A DNA stretch of 54,797 bases, counting the filler, from Bipalium vagum (taxonomy: Eukaryota), in the NCBI GenBank assembly GCA_037834085.1. It is 3 parts of 3 records of this genome, joined end to end, with 100 filler letters (N's around TTAATTAATTAA, not from the genome) between each part and the next. Parts side by side here need not be neighbours in the genome. Positions count along the whole stretch, not along the records: positions 18,478 to 36,540 come from JBBMKC010042151.1; 2 more parts are not named here. The stretch is one strand, 5' to 3'. Of this stretch, positions 23,327 to 36,640 are shown one piece after another. The notes beneath the pieces were generated by a model. The model was not told where the DNA came from, searched no databases, and saw only the letters and a program-made list of their open reading frames with translations. Positions within the stretch are counted from its first letter, which is position 1. Every line of letters starts with the position of its first letter. A program made the translations under genes and the position numbers.

Positions 23327-24479
23327 TTTAAATTATTCAATGACTTATAACTATAAAATAATTAAGAAATAAAGTTGATAAATGAATAAATATAAAATAA
23401 TTAAATAAATAGATGAATTATCAAATTATATTTTAAAAGTGGTATTCAAAAATATATATATATATAAATTATTTTAAGAAATTTTAAACCATATTAAGAT
23501 TAAGAGATTATTAATTATAAATCTTGAATTATATAATAAATTAAGTATGGGAGTAAGGTATAAAATTATAAAATAATTTGTAAAAAATTAATTATTGTAA
23601 TGTGAAAATTTTATTAAGTTCCATAAGAAAAATAGTGGAATACGTAAAAAAAATTATTAATAATGTAAATTATTATATCTATTATTATTATATCTATTAT
23701 ATCTTCTGATTAAGATAACTTTGACGAAACAACAAGTATCCATAACTTTAAGTAATTTCGGTCAAATTTCATATTATCCCATACATCATGTCGAGTTGAT
23801 AGATCAAGGTTGATTCTTCACACTCATCTTGGGTTTTTCTGCTTTAAAATCCTTCTGATGACCAGTTTTAAACATGAAATTCCATTGAAACTCTTATTTA
23901 ACGCAAGTATCTACTGAAGAGAACTTTATCCTGAATATGTTATAACAAATGAGTATCCCTTTCCTGTCAGAGGTCCACGACCTGGACCTAACTGGTTCAA
24001 TCTATCATTAGGATAAACGGATATCCTTTGAATTTTAAATTTTTTAGTGTACATAATAAAAAATGCTAAAATACATAGGTTTGTAACATTCACATGTTTT
24101 AGTTAAGTATAATTAACAGCTCAATATTACTTATTAAAATTCAATTTGGTAAATTGTAATTAATACCATGCTTTAAGTATATAAATATTGAAAGAAATAA
24201 TCTTGATATTAAGAGACTTAATTGTCTTGTAAACCAAGTTTAATTTAAGTATAATTTAATTTAGAAATTATAAATTAAACACATAAAAACTATAAAATTT
24301 AATATAAATATTCCTACTTTAGCTATTTAAACATAAAATTTAAATAAAAGTTCATATTTAATTTAATTTTGATAATTTTTGTTTAAATAATAAATATTTT
24401 GAAATTTTCAACTGAATGTTGCTGGCTATAGTTTTGTAGTAATATAAAATTATATTATTGCCACAATTAGCCATACAGT

Positions 24480-25632
24480 AACTTAGCCGTTATTCATTTT
24501 GTTTTCTAAAAGTTGAAAATAAGTTTCGGTTAAACAGTTTTGATTGAAAGAAATTAATAATTTTAGTTGTGAAAATATAAATATTTCAAATCAAATAAAG
24601 TTGTCATTTAGCCTCTATTTTGCAAAATGCTTTATTTCAGAATTTAAATGCCATTTTTAGCAATTGGTACTTTCCAGCCAATTTTTGTTTGGGGTTCTGA
24701 TTATTTAAACATGGTTTATACACCACACAAAAATATATAAACCATTGTATTTTATGCAAATATGCATATTATTACTACATTAATAATTTTTAAATATTTG
24801 TGAGTAACAAATTGATATTTGGTTGAGGCAAATTCCCTTTTTGGTCAAAAAAATGTCTGCTTCAAAACAGCATTTAAAAACTTGTAAGAAAAAATTGTTA
24901 TTGATTTGATTGAAAGAATAAAAATTTTATCAGAAACTGTCATGGTGTGATGAACACCATAAATGTGGTGAGCTATCCTAAACTAAAAACTATATGGCAA
25001 ATTAATTAAATGACATCGATTTTTCTTGATAACTGTCGACTTCAGTTCAGGTCTTGATGACAATCAACTAGGCAATTTTAGTCACCTGTCATATCTTACA
25101 GATTGCGAATCGAAGAAACCTATACTTTCGAATCAACAATTTACTTACAAGATAGATTTATTACTATTACCAAAGTTTTCCTTTGAGTTTCTGAGAAAAA
25201 TTTGATTGATTATCAGAATTCATAAAACTGATGTTATTATTAAAGGCAACAAAAAGAGCAAGATATTAAGAGGTAAAAATTCATTTTATGTGATCTATCC
25301 CAAACGGTTTCTCATAAACTGCATTATCTGCCATATATCAGTTTGATTTTTATTTTGAAGTTACTCGTGTTGCAAAAATAATTACAATATATAATATATG
25401 TTTCTGACAACAAAAATCGTGTCTTTCTAATTGAGCATGTGATAATGGTAGACCTTTGGTTATTGATGTATACAAATGAATAATTTTTATGTGAAAAAAT
25501 CGTCCAAATGCCGATTGCACTGTAAATGAAGATAGACTGAATCGGTACTTTTTTTAAGTAATATTTTTCTGTAATTTCATTACTGGTAAACAAACATGTT
25601 AGGTTTGCGAAGGACACATCCCTGTTAACCAT
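24480..25632 (-). pseudogene. decayed ORF of unknown family, possibly related to the 44219 and 52950 copies
   Basis: 102-aa ORF starting in a ttacaATG context. KYYLKKVPIQSIF resembles KYYCFKKAIQKYIF, and AGTTTCGGTTAAACA (24522) is shared with 52031. Confidence 0.35.
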
Positions 25633-26044
25633 TGTAAAAATTATATGTTAAAGACCACAAAAGGGTCTAGAAATTTATAATTATTAAGTCTGCAAAAGGG
25701 TCAAGTAAAATAATATTAATTAATTAAAAATAGTGCAAATTTAAATAAAACAAAAAAGGCAATTTCTTATTTTCTAAAAAGGATCTAATCTTGACAATGG
25801 CGAATCTAAGTTGCCAAGATTAGATCAGCGTCCGTAAGGAGGGACAGATTTAGTAATTTATTATCTAAAAAGGGAATTGACATTCCCCATTAATCAAGCT
25901 GGTCTACGACTAAATTGGATTCCGCAGTGGATTGCAACAAAAGAGATCAAGAAAACTTCGTTTATTATTTTGTCGGAAGAGCCAAAATTTGTCTCTGTTA
26001 TCAGATGATTTTCGAGGATTCCAATTTGTAATTAATATTTATGC

Positions 26045-26160
26045 CCTCTATGCGACAGGAGCTTACGACGGGTACTGTGCTGTTGGGGGTTTCTGAGCGA
26101 ACCGGATTGGGTTCAGCAAACCAACCTTTGGACATGTCGTCGGCTGATCGGTGAGAGGAT
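26045..26160 (+). repeat. GC-rich dispersed repeat, inverted relative to 37640-37730
   Basis: GTTTCTGAGCGAA..CGG..GGG.TCA.CA...ATCGGTGAGA is shared with the reverse complement of 37641-37720. Confidence 0.65.
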
Positions 26161-26397
26161 TTTTATTCTTTGTTTTTAAATTTTCATTTTTAAATTAATT
26201 TTGATTAAGACATTATTTACCCCAGCCAAATTCATATTGTTATATTCATCATCTGAAACTAAATTATTTTAAGAAATAATTTATTTAAATGTTTCAGTCA
26301 TCATTCTATTTAGAGAGAAACCGTTTTAAATGATCATTACTTAAATGAATTGAAATTATATTTTAAATAATTTTTTAGACTGAGTGATTGATTACTA

Positions 26398-26568
26398 CAG
26401 TCAGCGCTCAGTTATTTGAACTTTCAGTTATTTGAATAATTCAAACAAAGCTGGAAGATCATGGATTTGTTTTAAAATAAATTTTATTTGTAATTGACTT
26501 ATTTCAATAATTGAGTTATTTGAACTTTTTTGAAATCCCCACGAGTTCAAATAACTGAGCGCCGACTG
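26398..26568. mobile_element. Tigger/pogo-like MITE, 171 bp
   Basis: TIRs CAGTC(A/G)GCGCTCAGTTATTTGAACT, TA TSD, internal GTTATTTGAA repeats. Confidence 0.9.
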
Positions 26569-26917
26569 TATTTTATTACTAAAAATGAATTTTTTTAGAA
26601 TTCTCATTTAAAATTTAAGAACACAAACCGTAGAGATCTGGAGATCACTAAGAGTCTTTAATAATAATAATGATGATGATAACTTTATCTCGTTGTCTTG
26701 ATAATCACAAATTAGTTTTGGACGTAATGGCGAATTGTTGTAAATAGCCTCCCAAAAGTAGAGATTGAAGGTTGCCGGTCAACCATTTTGTGCGAGAACA
26801 TGATAAAGTCTAATTGAAATTATTTTGATTTAGTGAAGTTCTCGTGGTTATTTAGATTTAATGAACACGTTATCAAATAAGTGATTAGTTAGGGAAGTTT
26901 GAGCTTAACTTTACATA

Positions 26918-27950
26918 CAGGGTCGGAAACAAGTTAGTGACACATTACAAAAAGTTACTAAAATTTATATTTTAAAGATTTAGTATCATTATTAGTGACA
27001 AATAAATGTGTGTTTTTAGAGTACCTGAATGCAATTTCATTTAAGATAAATTTTTTTTATAAAAATATATGACGACTTGGCAATCAATATAATTTGAGTA
27101 ATATACCAAATATATCGGAAATTTAACTTTGGTGATACTACAAAATTTAGCCAGAATATTAGGGTTTAATTAATCATATTCCAAGGCAAATGATTGTATT
27201 CCATGAAATACTTTATAAATAACATTTAATATTTGCAATGATGTCCTTTATCCTTCACAAATGCTTTTAGTTTCCGAGGGATTGACTCATACAAATTACT
27301 GATGACCTTTTTTGGGATGTCATTCCATACCTTGTGGCTTACATTCCATAAATCTTCGGATGATATTATATTGAATCTAAAAACAGTTGTCTTCAGAATG
27401 GACCTTATATTTTGATGATATTGATGTCAAGCAGCTAGTCACTAAGAAAACCATTTTTTTCTGTTCCAGATATCACATTGCTGAGTGCGAAGTTTGACAG
27501 GGTTCACAATCTTGCATGAAGACGGAATCATTTACGTACATATCCAATAGTCCTTCTTCCAATATTAGTTGATAAGCAGTTGAATCAAATCGTATTGGAT
27601 ATCTAATGAGTAGTATTCTGCTACCGTCAGCTTTTATGGTTCTCAATATTAAAATGGATTTGCTGCTGTTTCGGACATTTTTAATGATATATTTGGGTTC
27701 CAACAATAGTTCACGTTGTCTTCTTACATATTGGGTATAAGGTGAACTAATTTCAATGCGACATTCATCAGAAAAATGATATTTTTCCATTGTTCTCTAT
27801 CCCAATTTTTGTAGGTCTTGCACCAGAAAACACATCTTTGCATATTAGTGTTACTAATGGGCGTTTTGCACTCAGCAATTCTTCTGGAAATCCGGATCTG
27901 TTTAAATACGACTGTATAGTTCGTAACTAAGACGAATTCAAATTTTCAAA
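26918..27950 (-). mobile_element. decayed Tc1-like transposon
   Basis: FSDECRI...VRR...FMQDCEPCQTS motifs in ORF 27473-27790 and a TA-CAGGG terminus at 26916. Confidence 0.8.
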
Positions 27951-27989
27951 ATTATATTTTTTAATAAAAGAGGGACTTTATTTTACAAA

Positions 27990-28631
27990 TGAGGGTGATC
28001 GACCTTGATGGATTTCAATATAGTCTCTTATTTTAGGGTTAGTTTTAGTTTGGGGTTAAAAAGTCCTCTCGCTCTTAGGCTCAGCGTACTTATTTATTTT
28101 ATTTGAGATCGACTTTGTTTTGTCTACAACAACTAATAATTTAAAACTAATAATAAAAGACAAAAATAATTTTAAACCGAAGCATATATATTACTGGACT
28201 AAAAGTGGATTTATAAGCTTGGCTGTAGAATGGTTTTTTTTAATGAATTAATCGCTCGTAGCCGTTCAACTGATCGTAATCTTCGTCGTACTCTTTGTAG
28301 TCGCAGGGTTTACTGATCGAAGTCTTTGTCGTAGTCTTTATAGTCGTGGGGTTTCACTGATAGTAGTATTTGTCGTATGTTTACGAGAAGCTGTAGATGA
28401 ACTGGCTCCTTGAAATAATTATCGTAGTAAATAATTGTGTACTGGCTTTGCTTGAACGTTGTTTTTATACGTTGATTGCGTTTTTGATTAATTGATGCTG
28501 TCGGTTTGGGATAACTTTGATTGATGAATACTTCCGGTTTGTTTTTAGAAATTTATTTTGTATTTTTTTTATTATTTTATTTATATTTTTTTATTATAAT
28601 ACTATTATTTTCCATCAAGGGCGACCTTACA
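27990..28631. mobile_element. solo-LTR-like / fold-back element with internal ~43-bp tandem repeats
   Basis: TG...CA ends; inverted match TCG(A/C)CCTTGATGGA near both termini; about 2.5 copies of ACTGATCG..CTT.GTCGTA.TCTTT.TAGTCG..GGGTTT at 28269-28382. Confidence 0.55.
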
Positions 28632-31586
28632 ATTTAAATAAAAAAAATTTACCAATGTAAAATATAAAAAATACAAATGTTTAGATTTATATACACAAAA
28701 TGATGATCACATAATGTCAAATGTCTAAAATGTAATTAAAATCACAGAGATCAAGGTCTTGATTGTCTCCGGGTTTTGAATGGGCTTGGAGGATTTGTTA
28801 TGGATGTGAATGGGAGTCTCCACAATAACTTTAAAAAAATAAAAAATAAATATTGACTTTAGTCACTGATTATAATTATCTTTTACAAATTGAATTTTAA
28901 AAAACGTCAAAATTTGTTACCATAGAAATATCTTTCTAGAAATTCTTCCTACTAAAAGATAGCACGCGAGCTAGAAATCACCCAGAAAATTCATTAGAAC
29001 AATGACTAGTAAGTTCATTTAAATAAGTCAAAAAATATTTAGTCAACCACAATCAACATTTTTAAAATAGCAGCAGTTGAGGTAATCCAACATAATGGCG
29101 TTATTCGCAAAAGTTTACGTCATCCGCCAGGTGTCAAGAAAAATAATGTATAGATAAATAACAGGCTAAAAACAAACTGAAATTAAAATTAAAATAATAG
29201 CTAATTAAAATAATCGGTAACTGACATTCAGCGATTTTCAAATATTTATTATGGATAATGGAAAGATCGATAAGAATTGATCAATTAACGTTTATCATTA
29301 TTTTTTACTTGTTTTCTGGGTTTTGTCCCATTTTTGCAGTAACCTCGATCTAGTCGACTGAAACGTAATTCTTATCAGAAGGACTCCAATTTGTAGTGAC
29401 AGATTATTTTTATTCTTAATTAAAGTTATAATATGAATTAAGTTTCGATGCATTAAGTCTTGTTTAATCAAATTATTTTTTGTTAGTGAACCATAGCATA
29501 TTGACATATTAGTCTTTTGGAGTCAAGTTAGTGTCAAGTGTGAAGGTCTTTCCTAAATCAACTAATTTATTAGATAGGATTTTGATCGTTTCCACTACGA
29601 ACTTAAGTTGAAAGTTTGACAGATTAAGGGTTGGTAAGTGCGACTTGAATCTCGAAACGAATATCAAACTACGCTCTCATTGACATATAATTGTTGTCAT
29701 TCATTGATTTCAGTGAGGTTTTTTTGACTTTGAATTTCTAAATAAATGGTATGATTTTCAGTCATGAGTGGCCCGTAGCAAGTTAATAGTTTTCACAATT
29801 GGTCCATGAATTTCGGTTTTCACCCGAAAATAAACAAAATATTGAAAAAAATAATATAAAAAATCTTCCATTTGCTTAATTAGGCAAATGGCTTTCCGTT
29901 CTCTGAACAGATAGGTTGTATTTTTAGTTTTTACCTATCCCTAATAGGTCTAAATATCAGGCAGGTTGCTGGTTTTTCCTGCTTTAGAAATCCTGGTAAT
30001 AGTGGACTACTTCTTACTAAGATAATATAAAAATTTATGTTTCATCGGCAGCAATATCTGTCTTTGAGCTGCGAGTTCCTATTGATCAATTATGGTGATC
30101 TATAGAGTTCGTAGAGCTGCCTAAGACAAAAAAGGATTTTATTAATTAAAACAAAAAAGTTAATTTTTCTTTTTGAAAATTCATGAAAAAGAAGGTGCTT
30201 TTGGTTATTGGGAAAATTTAAACATCAAAGATTATTTGTTAATCAAAGGTTTACTAGTGCTATATTTAAATATCTTTCTCAGGACGGTTCGACTGACTAC
30301 GAATGATTCGGATGAGTGGGTCTAATTTTCAGTTGGTGATCTGTATCATTTTTCTTAATTTTTTTTATTTTACTATTTTAATTTTTTAATAATTAATGAT
30401 ATTTAAATAATATTTTTAATTCGATTATTTAAAATTAACCGTAATTGATTTTCTTTAGTTATGATCATTGCTTTATCATTTTACCAGTATTTTATTTTGG
30501 GACGTATTGACAGTACTTGATTAAAATGTGTGGAAAGATAAAGTTGTCGTTATCTTAGTGGACTAATGACATGCATTGAGTGCGATTTAGAGAGGTTTTT
30601 TGTGATTTTTGTGTTAGGGTTTAATTAATTTAATATTATTATTCGTTATTTTATTTCCCCCGTATATATTTCCCAGTTAAACCTAATCAAAATAAAAGAT
30701 TTGGAAGTCAGATTAGTAATCAAATTATTTTTTTTAACAATTTTTTTCAATTATTTTAAAAATAAAAAAAATCGAAACCATTTTTTTAGTGTTGCTTTTA
30801 ATAATATTTTTAAAAAGTATTTTATACTTTCTTATCAGCTGCTTTTCAAAAAAACTTAATTTTTATATTTTGCAATAGTTATATATTTTTATATAAAAGT
30901 CGATAAGTAACCTTTTTTTCAGGACAATGTCAAGAAAAGTGGTTTTAAAAACAAGACAACGTGATACCGTCATCTTCGTGCGAGCCTTAAACTTAACCAT
31001 ACCTACATGCTTTAAATAAGCAGTAGCAAACTTACGGAATACAAAGTCTGAGCTCGTCAAGTACCCGAAACCCTGAACGATACTTGTGATATCTTTATCA
31101 TCATTAGAAGGGATGATGTCAAACCCCCGAGGGCCGAGGGTGCATACAAAAAGCTATGTTGGTACCTTGTAGAAGAAAGAGTTAAGCAGCTACTATTGTT
31201 TGTTATTCATAATTTTTATTAAAGGCAGTATTAACTGCCGCAACTTTTAGACGTCGATAACTCTGTGTCTTCTATTTGGACTCTACCTTATAGGTTTGGA
31301 AGACAAAAAATATGTTTCGATATTATATGTTAAAAGTTGAAGATTTTGAAACCAAACAACGACAGGTTTCGATGATACGTTTTTTGAAAATTAATAAAGA
31401 AAAAATAAATTTATCGTTGCCTTCTAAGATGACCGGGTTCTATCGATCTCAAGCATCAACAAATGACTCTTTAAGGCTAGAATTCTTTCAATTATATTTT
31501 TAATAAATATTTTTAATTTGTGATAGTTGTCGATTCCATGAGTTCTTCATCATTTTTCTCTAGTAATTGTCGAAATTTGCATTCAC

Positions 31587-31589
<3 letters not shown>

Positions 31590-31640
<51 letters not shown>

Positions 31641-31643
31641 TAT
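31590..31643. repeat. (TAA)n-(TTA)n inverted microsatellite junction
   Basis: Seen directly; palindromic. Confidence 0.9.
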
Positions 31644-32762
31644 CGATATTATTATATGTTAATAGTTATTAAAATAAGATTAGCTATAATCTTTAATATT
31701 ATTATCATCTTTCAAAAGACAACTTTCTAAAATTATGCTGATACTCGGTAAACACATTCAAAAGTTCACATTGTCATTGAGAACAATGTTTTAAAGACCA
31801 AATTGTAAGCACCATACCCCACTATACCAATATGAAAGAAAATTATTTGCTCGGTGCGACTTCAAAACAAACAATTGTTACATTGTGATCACTGAGTTTC
31901 TTTGCTCATGGGTTCGCCGCCATTGGATGTTCAGTAGCCATCAACGTATTCGATCTGATGGACCATGAGGTGTGTTACCTGCTGCATGTCAATGTCAAAG
32001 CTGCCAAGGGATGTTGAAACCGCCGCAAAGTAAGATGACTACCAAACATCAGCTTGATGGTAGCCGCTTGACAAACAAAAAAAAATGGCTCGGCCATGAG
32101 AGTTAACTTTCATGAAGCTCGATTGTTATTGATTTAAAGTATTAATCATTTTGGTTCTAAAATGTGTCGTTTAGTTAAAATAAAGTATTAATTAATTATT
32201 TTTCATAAATCTGATGAAATAAGTCTGTACCTGGAGATCTTCATTAATTCAAACAAAATAAATCAAAGGGTCATATGAGAAAATTGAGATGTAAATAGTT
32301 CCATTAGAATATCCTCACGGTACAGAAGAGGACCCCAAGTCTCAACAGTTTTCTATTCGATTTTAATGTCATATGTATTTCAATATTCAGTTACCTGACC
32401 TCTCAATCACAAATCGAAGGAACGCTCAACAGCAAATCGAACAATGGTCGCTTGATTTTCACTTGTTACTTATTATTTATTTTGTTGTTGATCTGAATTC
32501 GAAAATGTCACCTTTGATCTTTATTTCACCTTAAGACAACATAAATTCCTACCAATATTTTTAAGATTTGAGATAACCCTTAGTCGTTTTGAACCAGTTT
32601 CCTCGGTAATGTTGTTCATTTTAGTCAGTTTTTTATAAATTAGATCAGAGTTTTATAATAGGGCTGGAAAAAATTCGATCATTTATTGAAAAGAATCTTT
32701 TAAAAGAAGTTTTGAATATAATTATTAATTTATTTTATAATTTTTAAATTGATTTTTCCTCT

Positions 32763-33446
32763 CCGAAAGTCTTCTAAAGAGTTCCACAATTAAGTTATTA
32801 ATTTAAGGAAAAGGAACAATTATAGCCTTATGCAAATCGGGAATGCTGACCAGATTCCACTTATCTTTGACATGCCATATAATAAAAAAATTGACCACAA
32901 AAGATTAAAAACCATTTCCATAAAGTCTACAGGACACGTTTCACAGTTACGCCTACATGCACCGCAGACGGCGGAAAGCTGCCTCCTATATCAATTTTAA
33001 AAGAAAAACTCTCTATAAAGAGATAAAATATCCAAAAGGTATTTATGTAACAAGTGGTGGATGGACAAAACCTTAACTTTGGATTGGCTGAAATCTGTCT
33101 GGGGAATGAGGACTTTTATTTATACGAAGAAGTATCAGAAGAAAGATTTTCAGAAGATGAGGATGGTGAAGTAGACTACTATGATGGAGAAAGAGAAGTT
33201 ATCGAAGAGGATGATTTTAGAAAACTTCTTTCTAGCTGCTCTGAAGACGAAGATGTCTCACTGTTTTGCTAATTGTCTGTATTTTCACAAACTATATGGT
33301 TTGTTTTTAAAAAAATAAAATCTCGCATATGATACGTACTTATTTAATCTCATTATTTTTCCAAAAATTGTTCTGCGTATTATATTTAATTTTTCTCAAT
33401 TTTCAAGTTTAAATGTACCCTGCGTATTATACATGAGACTTTTCGG
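32763..33446 (+). mobile_element. pogo-family transposon remnant
   Basis: FDMP.N...KTISIKSTGH...TVT.TCTADGGKLPP..FKRKT, an acidic C-terminal tail (ORF 33054-33272) and GCGTATTATA subterminal repeats. Confidence 0.8.
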
Positions 33447-33519
33447 AAATTAATCATCAGTAAGTTATTAACTTCATTTTAAAAACATATTTCGTAGGTA
33501 TTTTAAAATTTTAAAATTA

Positions 33520-34694
33520 TTATTATTTCTTGATACCAATAACACAAGAAATTCGCGACAAGATTTTATTTCTCAAAGGAAATATAATACCTTTGAAGAA
33601 TATTTCTGAAAAACTAATCTTTGTGCTTCCACAATCAATACCATCATAAGGAATTATGCAAAAACTGGAACAACAGCCAACAAGCTAAATAGACGGTTAT
33701 TTGTACATAAATTAAAAGAAGCGTTATCGTTTGAGTTAAGTCAAAATCAGAAATCAATTTCCGAAGATTTTAAGAACGTTGAAAAAGGCAGGTTTAGCAA
33801 GTAGAATAGGTAAACGGAAATCACTGATTAACAATGCCAACCGAAACAGGAGATACCTAAAGAGTGAAAAAATACTTCAAATGGACAAAGGAAAGCAGTT
33901 CTATTGTCCGATGAGATAAGGCTTAGTAAATTTGGGTCTTCGGAATCATTAGGGCGTGGCAGAAGAAAGGAAACAAATTGATTCCACAATGCACTCGATC
34001 AACAATGTAACAAAGAGTTACTTGTATTTCAATTTTGGGAACAATTTCTGAGAATGGAATGGGTAATTTTACATTCATAGATGGCATTATGATAAAGGAA
34101 GTTTACAATAATATTTTGGTCACAAATTTACCTCAATCAGCTCGAAAATCCGGACTCAGACATCGATTTGTCTTCTACCAAGATAACAATCCGAAGCATA
34201 CAGCTGAAATTAAGAAGAAATGGTTGGTTGGTAATAAAATTAAAACATTAGATTGGCCTTCATAGTCACCTGATCTCAATATTGAGCATTTATGAACAAA
34301 TATTTAAGGTAGAATACGAAAACGGAGACTCAAAAATGAAACTATTTTTTAAGGCAGAATGGGATGTTACCCTTTAGGAATTTCTCAAGAAACTTGTGGA
34401 ACCAATACCAAAACAAATCGCAGTTGTTATTAGGCGTGGAAGCAATACAAAAATATTAAAATTGTTCATCTGAATTAAATAAAAGTCTTAAGTTTTGATT
34501 GCTTTATGTTATTTATTTTTACATTTGTATACTAGAAGTTTTGTAATTCCAAAACATTTAAATAAAATTTTACAAATGTAATTGAAATATAACTTAGGTA
34601 TAAATACTATCAGATTATATACAGTTGATTTAATCTTGTTGAAATTTTGATCGTAGGAGCATTTATAATATCTCACTTCATTGTTCACATACTG
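33520..34694 (+). mobile_element. decayed Tc1-like transposon (DD34E)
   Basis: VLLSDE, GMGNFTFIDGIM, FYQDNNPKHTA, LDWPS*SPDLN-IEHL motifs; ends ...ACTG-TA. Confidence 0.88.
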
Positions 34695-34799
34695 TAGATG
34701 TTATCAATTTTAAATTAAAATTAAAATTTTTAAATATTAAATTTTGTAAACAGATATATTTAAACAAATATTACATAGACTTATTTGAAATTTACATAA

Positions 34800-34915
34800 A
34801 TATTACTCAAATAACTAAATAATTCAAATAACCCAGCTTTTTCAAATAACTGAGTGTAAATTGAAAAGTTTTGGAATTTATTCAAATAAATAAGAATTCA
34901 AATAACAGAACGCCC
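34800..34915. repeat. remnant of the 26398-type MITE
   Basis: Repeated TTCAAATAAC motifs, including TTCAAATAACTGAG. Confidence 0.5.
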
Positions 34916-35039
34916 ATTTTTTGATTAATTATTATACTTTTAATCCATATAAACAAATTACCAATATCTAAATGTTATCAAATTTTATTTCAACAGAAAG
35001 TATATCCAAATACACAATAAGCACCCTGTATATAATAAT

Positions 35040-36540
35040 TAGGGCCCCCAAAAGTCAATAAAGTGAAAAAAATTGACCGTCAAAATAAAGTCAGAATAAT
35101 AACTTAAAGTTAAAATTTTCCATAAAGTTAAAAAGTCAATTAAAAGTCAATATAGAATCAAAATTATTGTTTTAATAATATCACAAAATATTTTAACTTT
35201 AAAAAATGCCTAAAAATGCTAAATCAGATTTTATGAAAGTACAGGAAATTGTTAGAAAATTCAGCTCAGAATTCACGAAAACTGATGAAAATAAAATATA
35301 TTGTAAATTATGTGAAACGATTCGAAGTTATTTTTCATTGAAAGTCATCAGAATTCGGCAAAGCACAAAAATGCAATGAAATCAACATCAAAAGCTACAA
35401 TTCAACAATTTTTGCAATTCCCAAAGAACAAATTTAAAAAAGAACTCGTGCGGGCTTCTGTTTATGCAGATATTCCACTGTGAAAATTAAGGTATGAAAG
35501 CATTTGAAACCTATTCACTTCGATTGGAAAATCAATTCCAAGTGAGCAATGGTGTTGAACTATTATTCCTGAATTATATGATGAAGAAATGATAAAAATG
35601 AAGAATTTAGTTGAAGACAAGGAAGTTTTCATGATTATTGATGAATCCGATTTATCAAGTAAAATAATTGTTGATGTTCTAGTTGGGTGTTTGGACATGC
35701 CTGAAAAATTTTATTTGGTTGATTGCATCCCTCTTTCAATAACACCTAATACTAAAATTATGATACATTTCATTGAAGATAATATTAATCTTTTAGGAAT
35801 TAAAAGAGGAAATTTTGTTATTAATAAGTGATGCAGCTCGGTACATGACTGGTGCAAGTAAAACATTACCTGTACTTTATCCAAAACTTTTCCATGTAAC
35901 TTGTATAGCACACTTAACCTATAATTGTGCTATGCGAATTAGATCGTTTTACGAAAATGTCGATTATTTGATCGCAAAATTTAGAAGCGCAACGTTGAAA
36001 AAAAACGAAATTGAATGATTTTGCAAGTATTGGATATCCACCAGAAACAATTATTACAAGATGGGGCTTTGTACCACTCTAGTACTACTCTTGTACTACT
36101 CTAGTAACTTTCCGGATGTTAAAAAAATTATAGAAAACTGGACAGGCGAAGGGATATTAGTACAACAGACAAAATTAGCAATTCAATGTGACAACTTGAA
36201 TAATTCATTGGTTGAAATTCAAGAATGCTACTCTTAATTATCATTTTGTATTAGTAAACTTGAAAGTTCAAAGTATTCCATATATGAAGCATTTCAAGCT
36301 TTTCAAAATTTGAATTTCAGTATCGATCCATGTCAAATTAGGGAAATATGGCAAAAAGACTTGATAAAAATGAAATGCAAAATATCATAAATTGTTCCAG
36401 GCCTGAAATATCACCGCGAGAATATGTTTTATTGAGAAAATGCCAAAGCACAACATCAGAGGCAGAAAGAAGCTTTTCTTGTTTGAAAAATATGCTTAGA
36501 AGCAATCGGAATTTCAAAATGGAAAATATTAAGATGTACT
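35040..36540 (+). mobile_element. hAT transposon remnant (CGGBP1/DUF659-like), truncated by the linker
   Basis: MPK...IYCKLCE zinc-finger start at 35207; IIDESD; LLISDAARYM..LFHVTCIAH; TTSEAERSFS dimerisation motif; AAAGTCA subterminal repeats. Confidence 0.88.
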
Positions 36541-36640
36541 NNNNNNNNNNNNNNNNNNNNNNNNNNNNNNNNNNNNNNNNNNNNTTAATTAATTAANNNN
36601 NNNNNNNNNNNNNNNNNNNNNNNNNNNNNNNNNNNNNNNN
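36541..36640. other. artificial contig linker N44-TTAATTAATTAA-N44
   Basis: Same 100-nt structure as 18378-18477. Confidence 0.95.

Noticed and set aside
23850-23890. CTGATGA...GAAA hammerhead-like core
   Set aside because: Stems II and III do not pair in the required geometry.
31035-31060. AAAGTCTGAG resembling the RNase P P4 5' strand
   Set aside because: No complementary TCAGACT-type 3' strand downstream.
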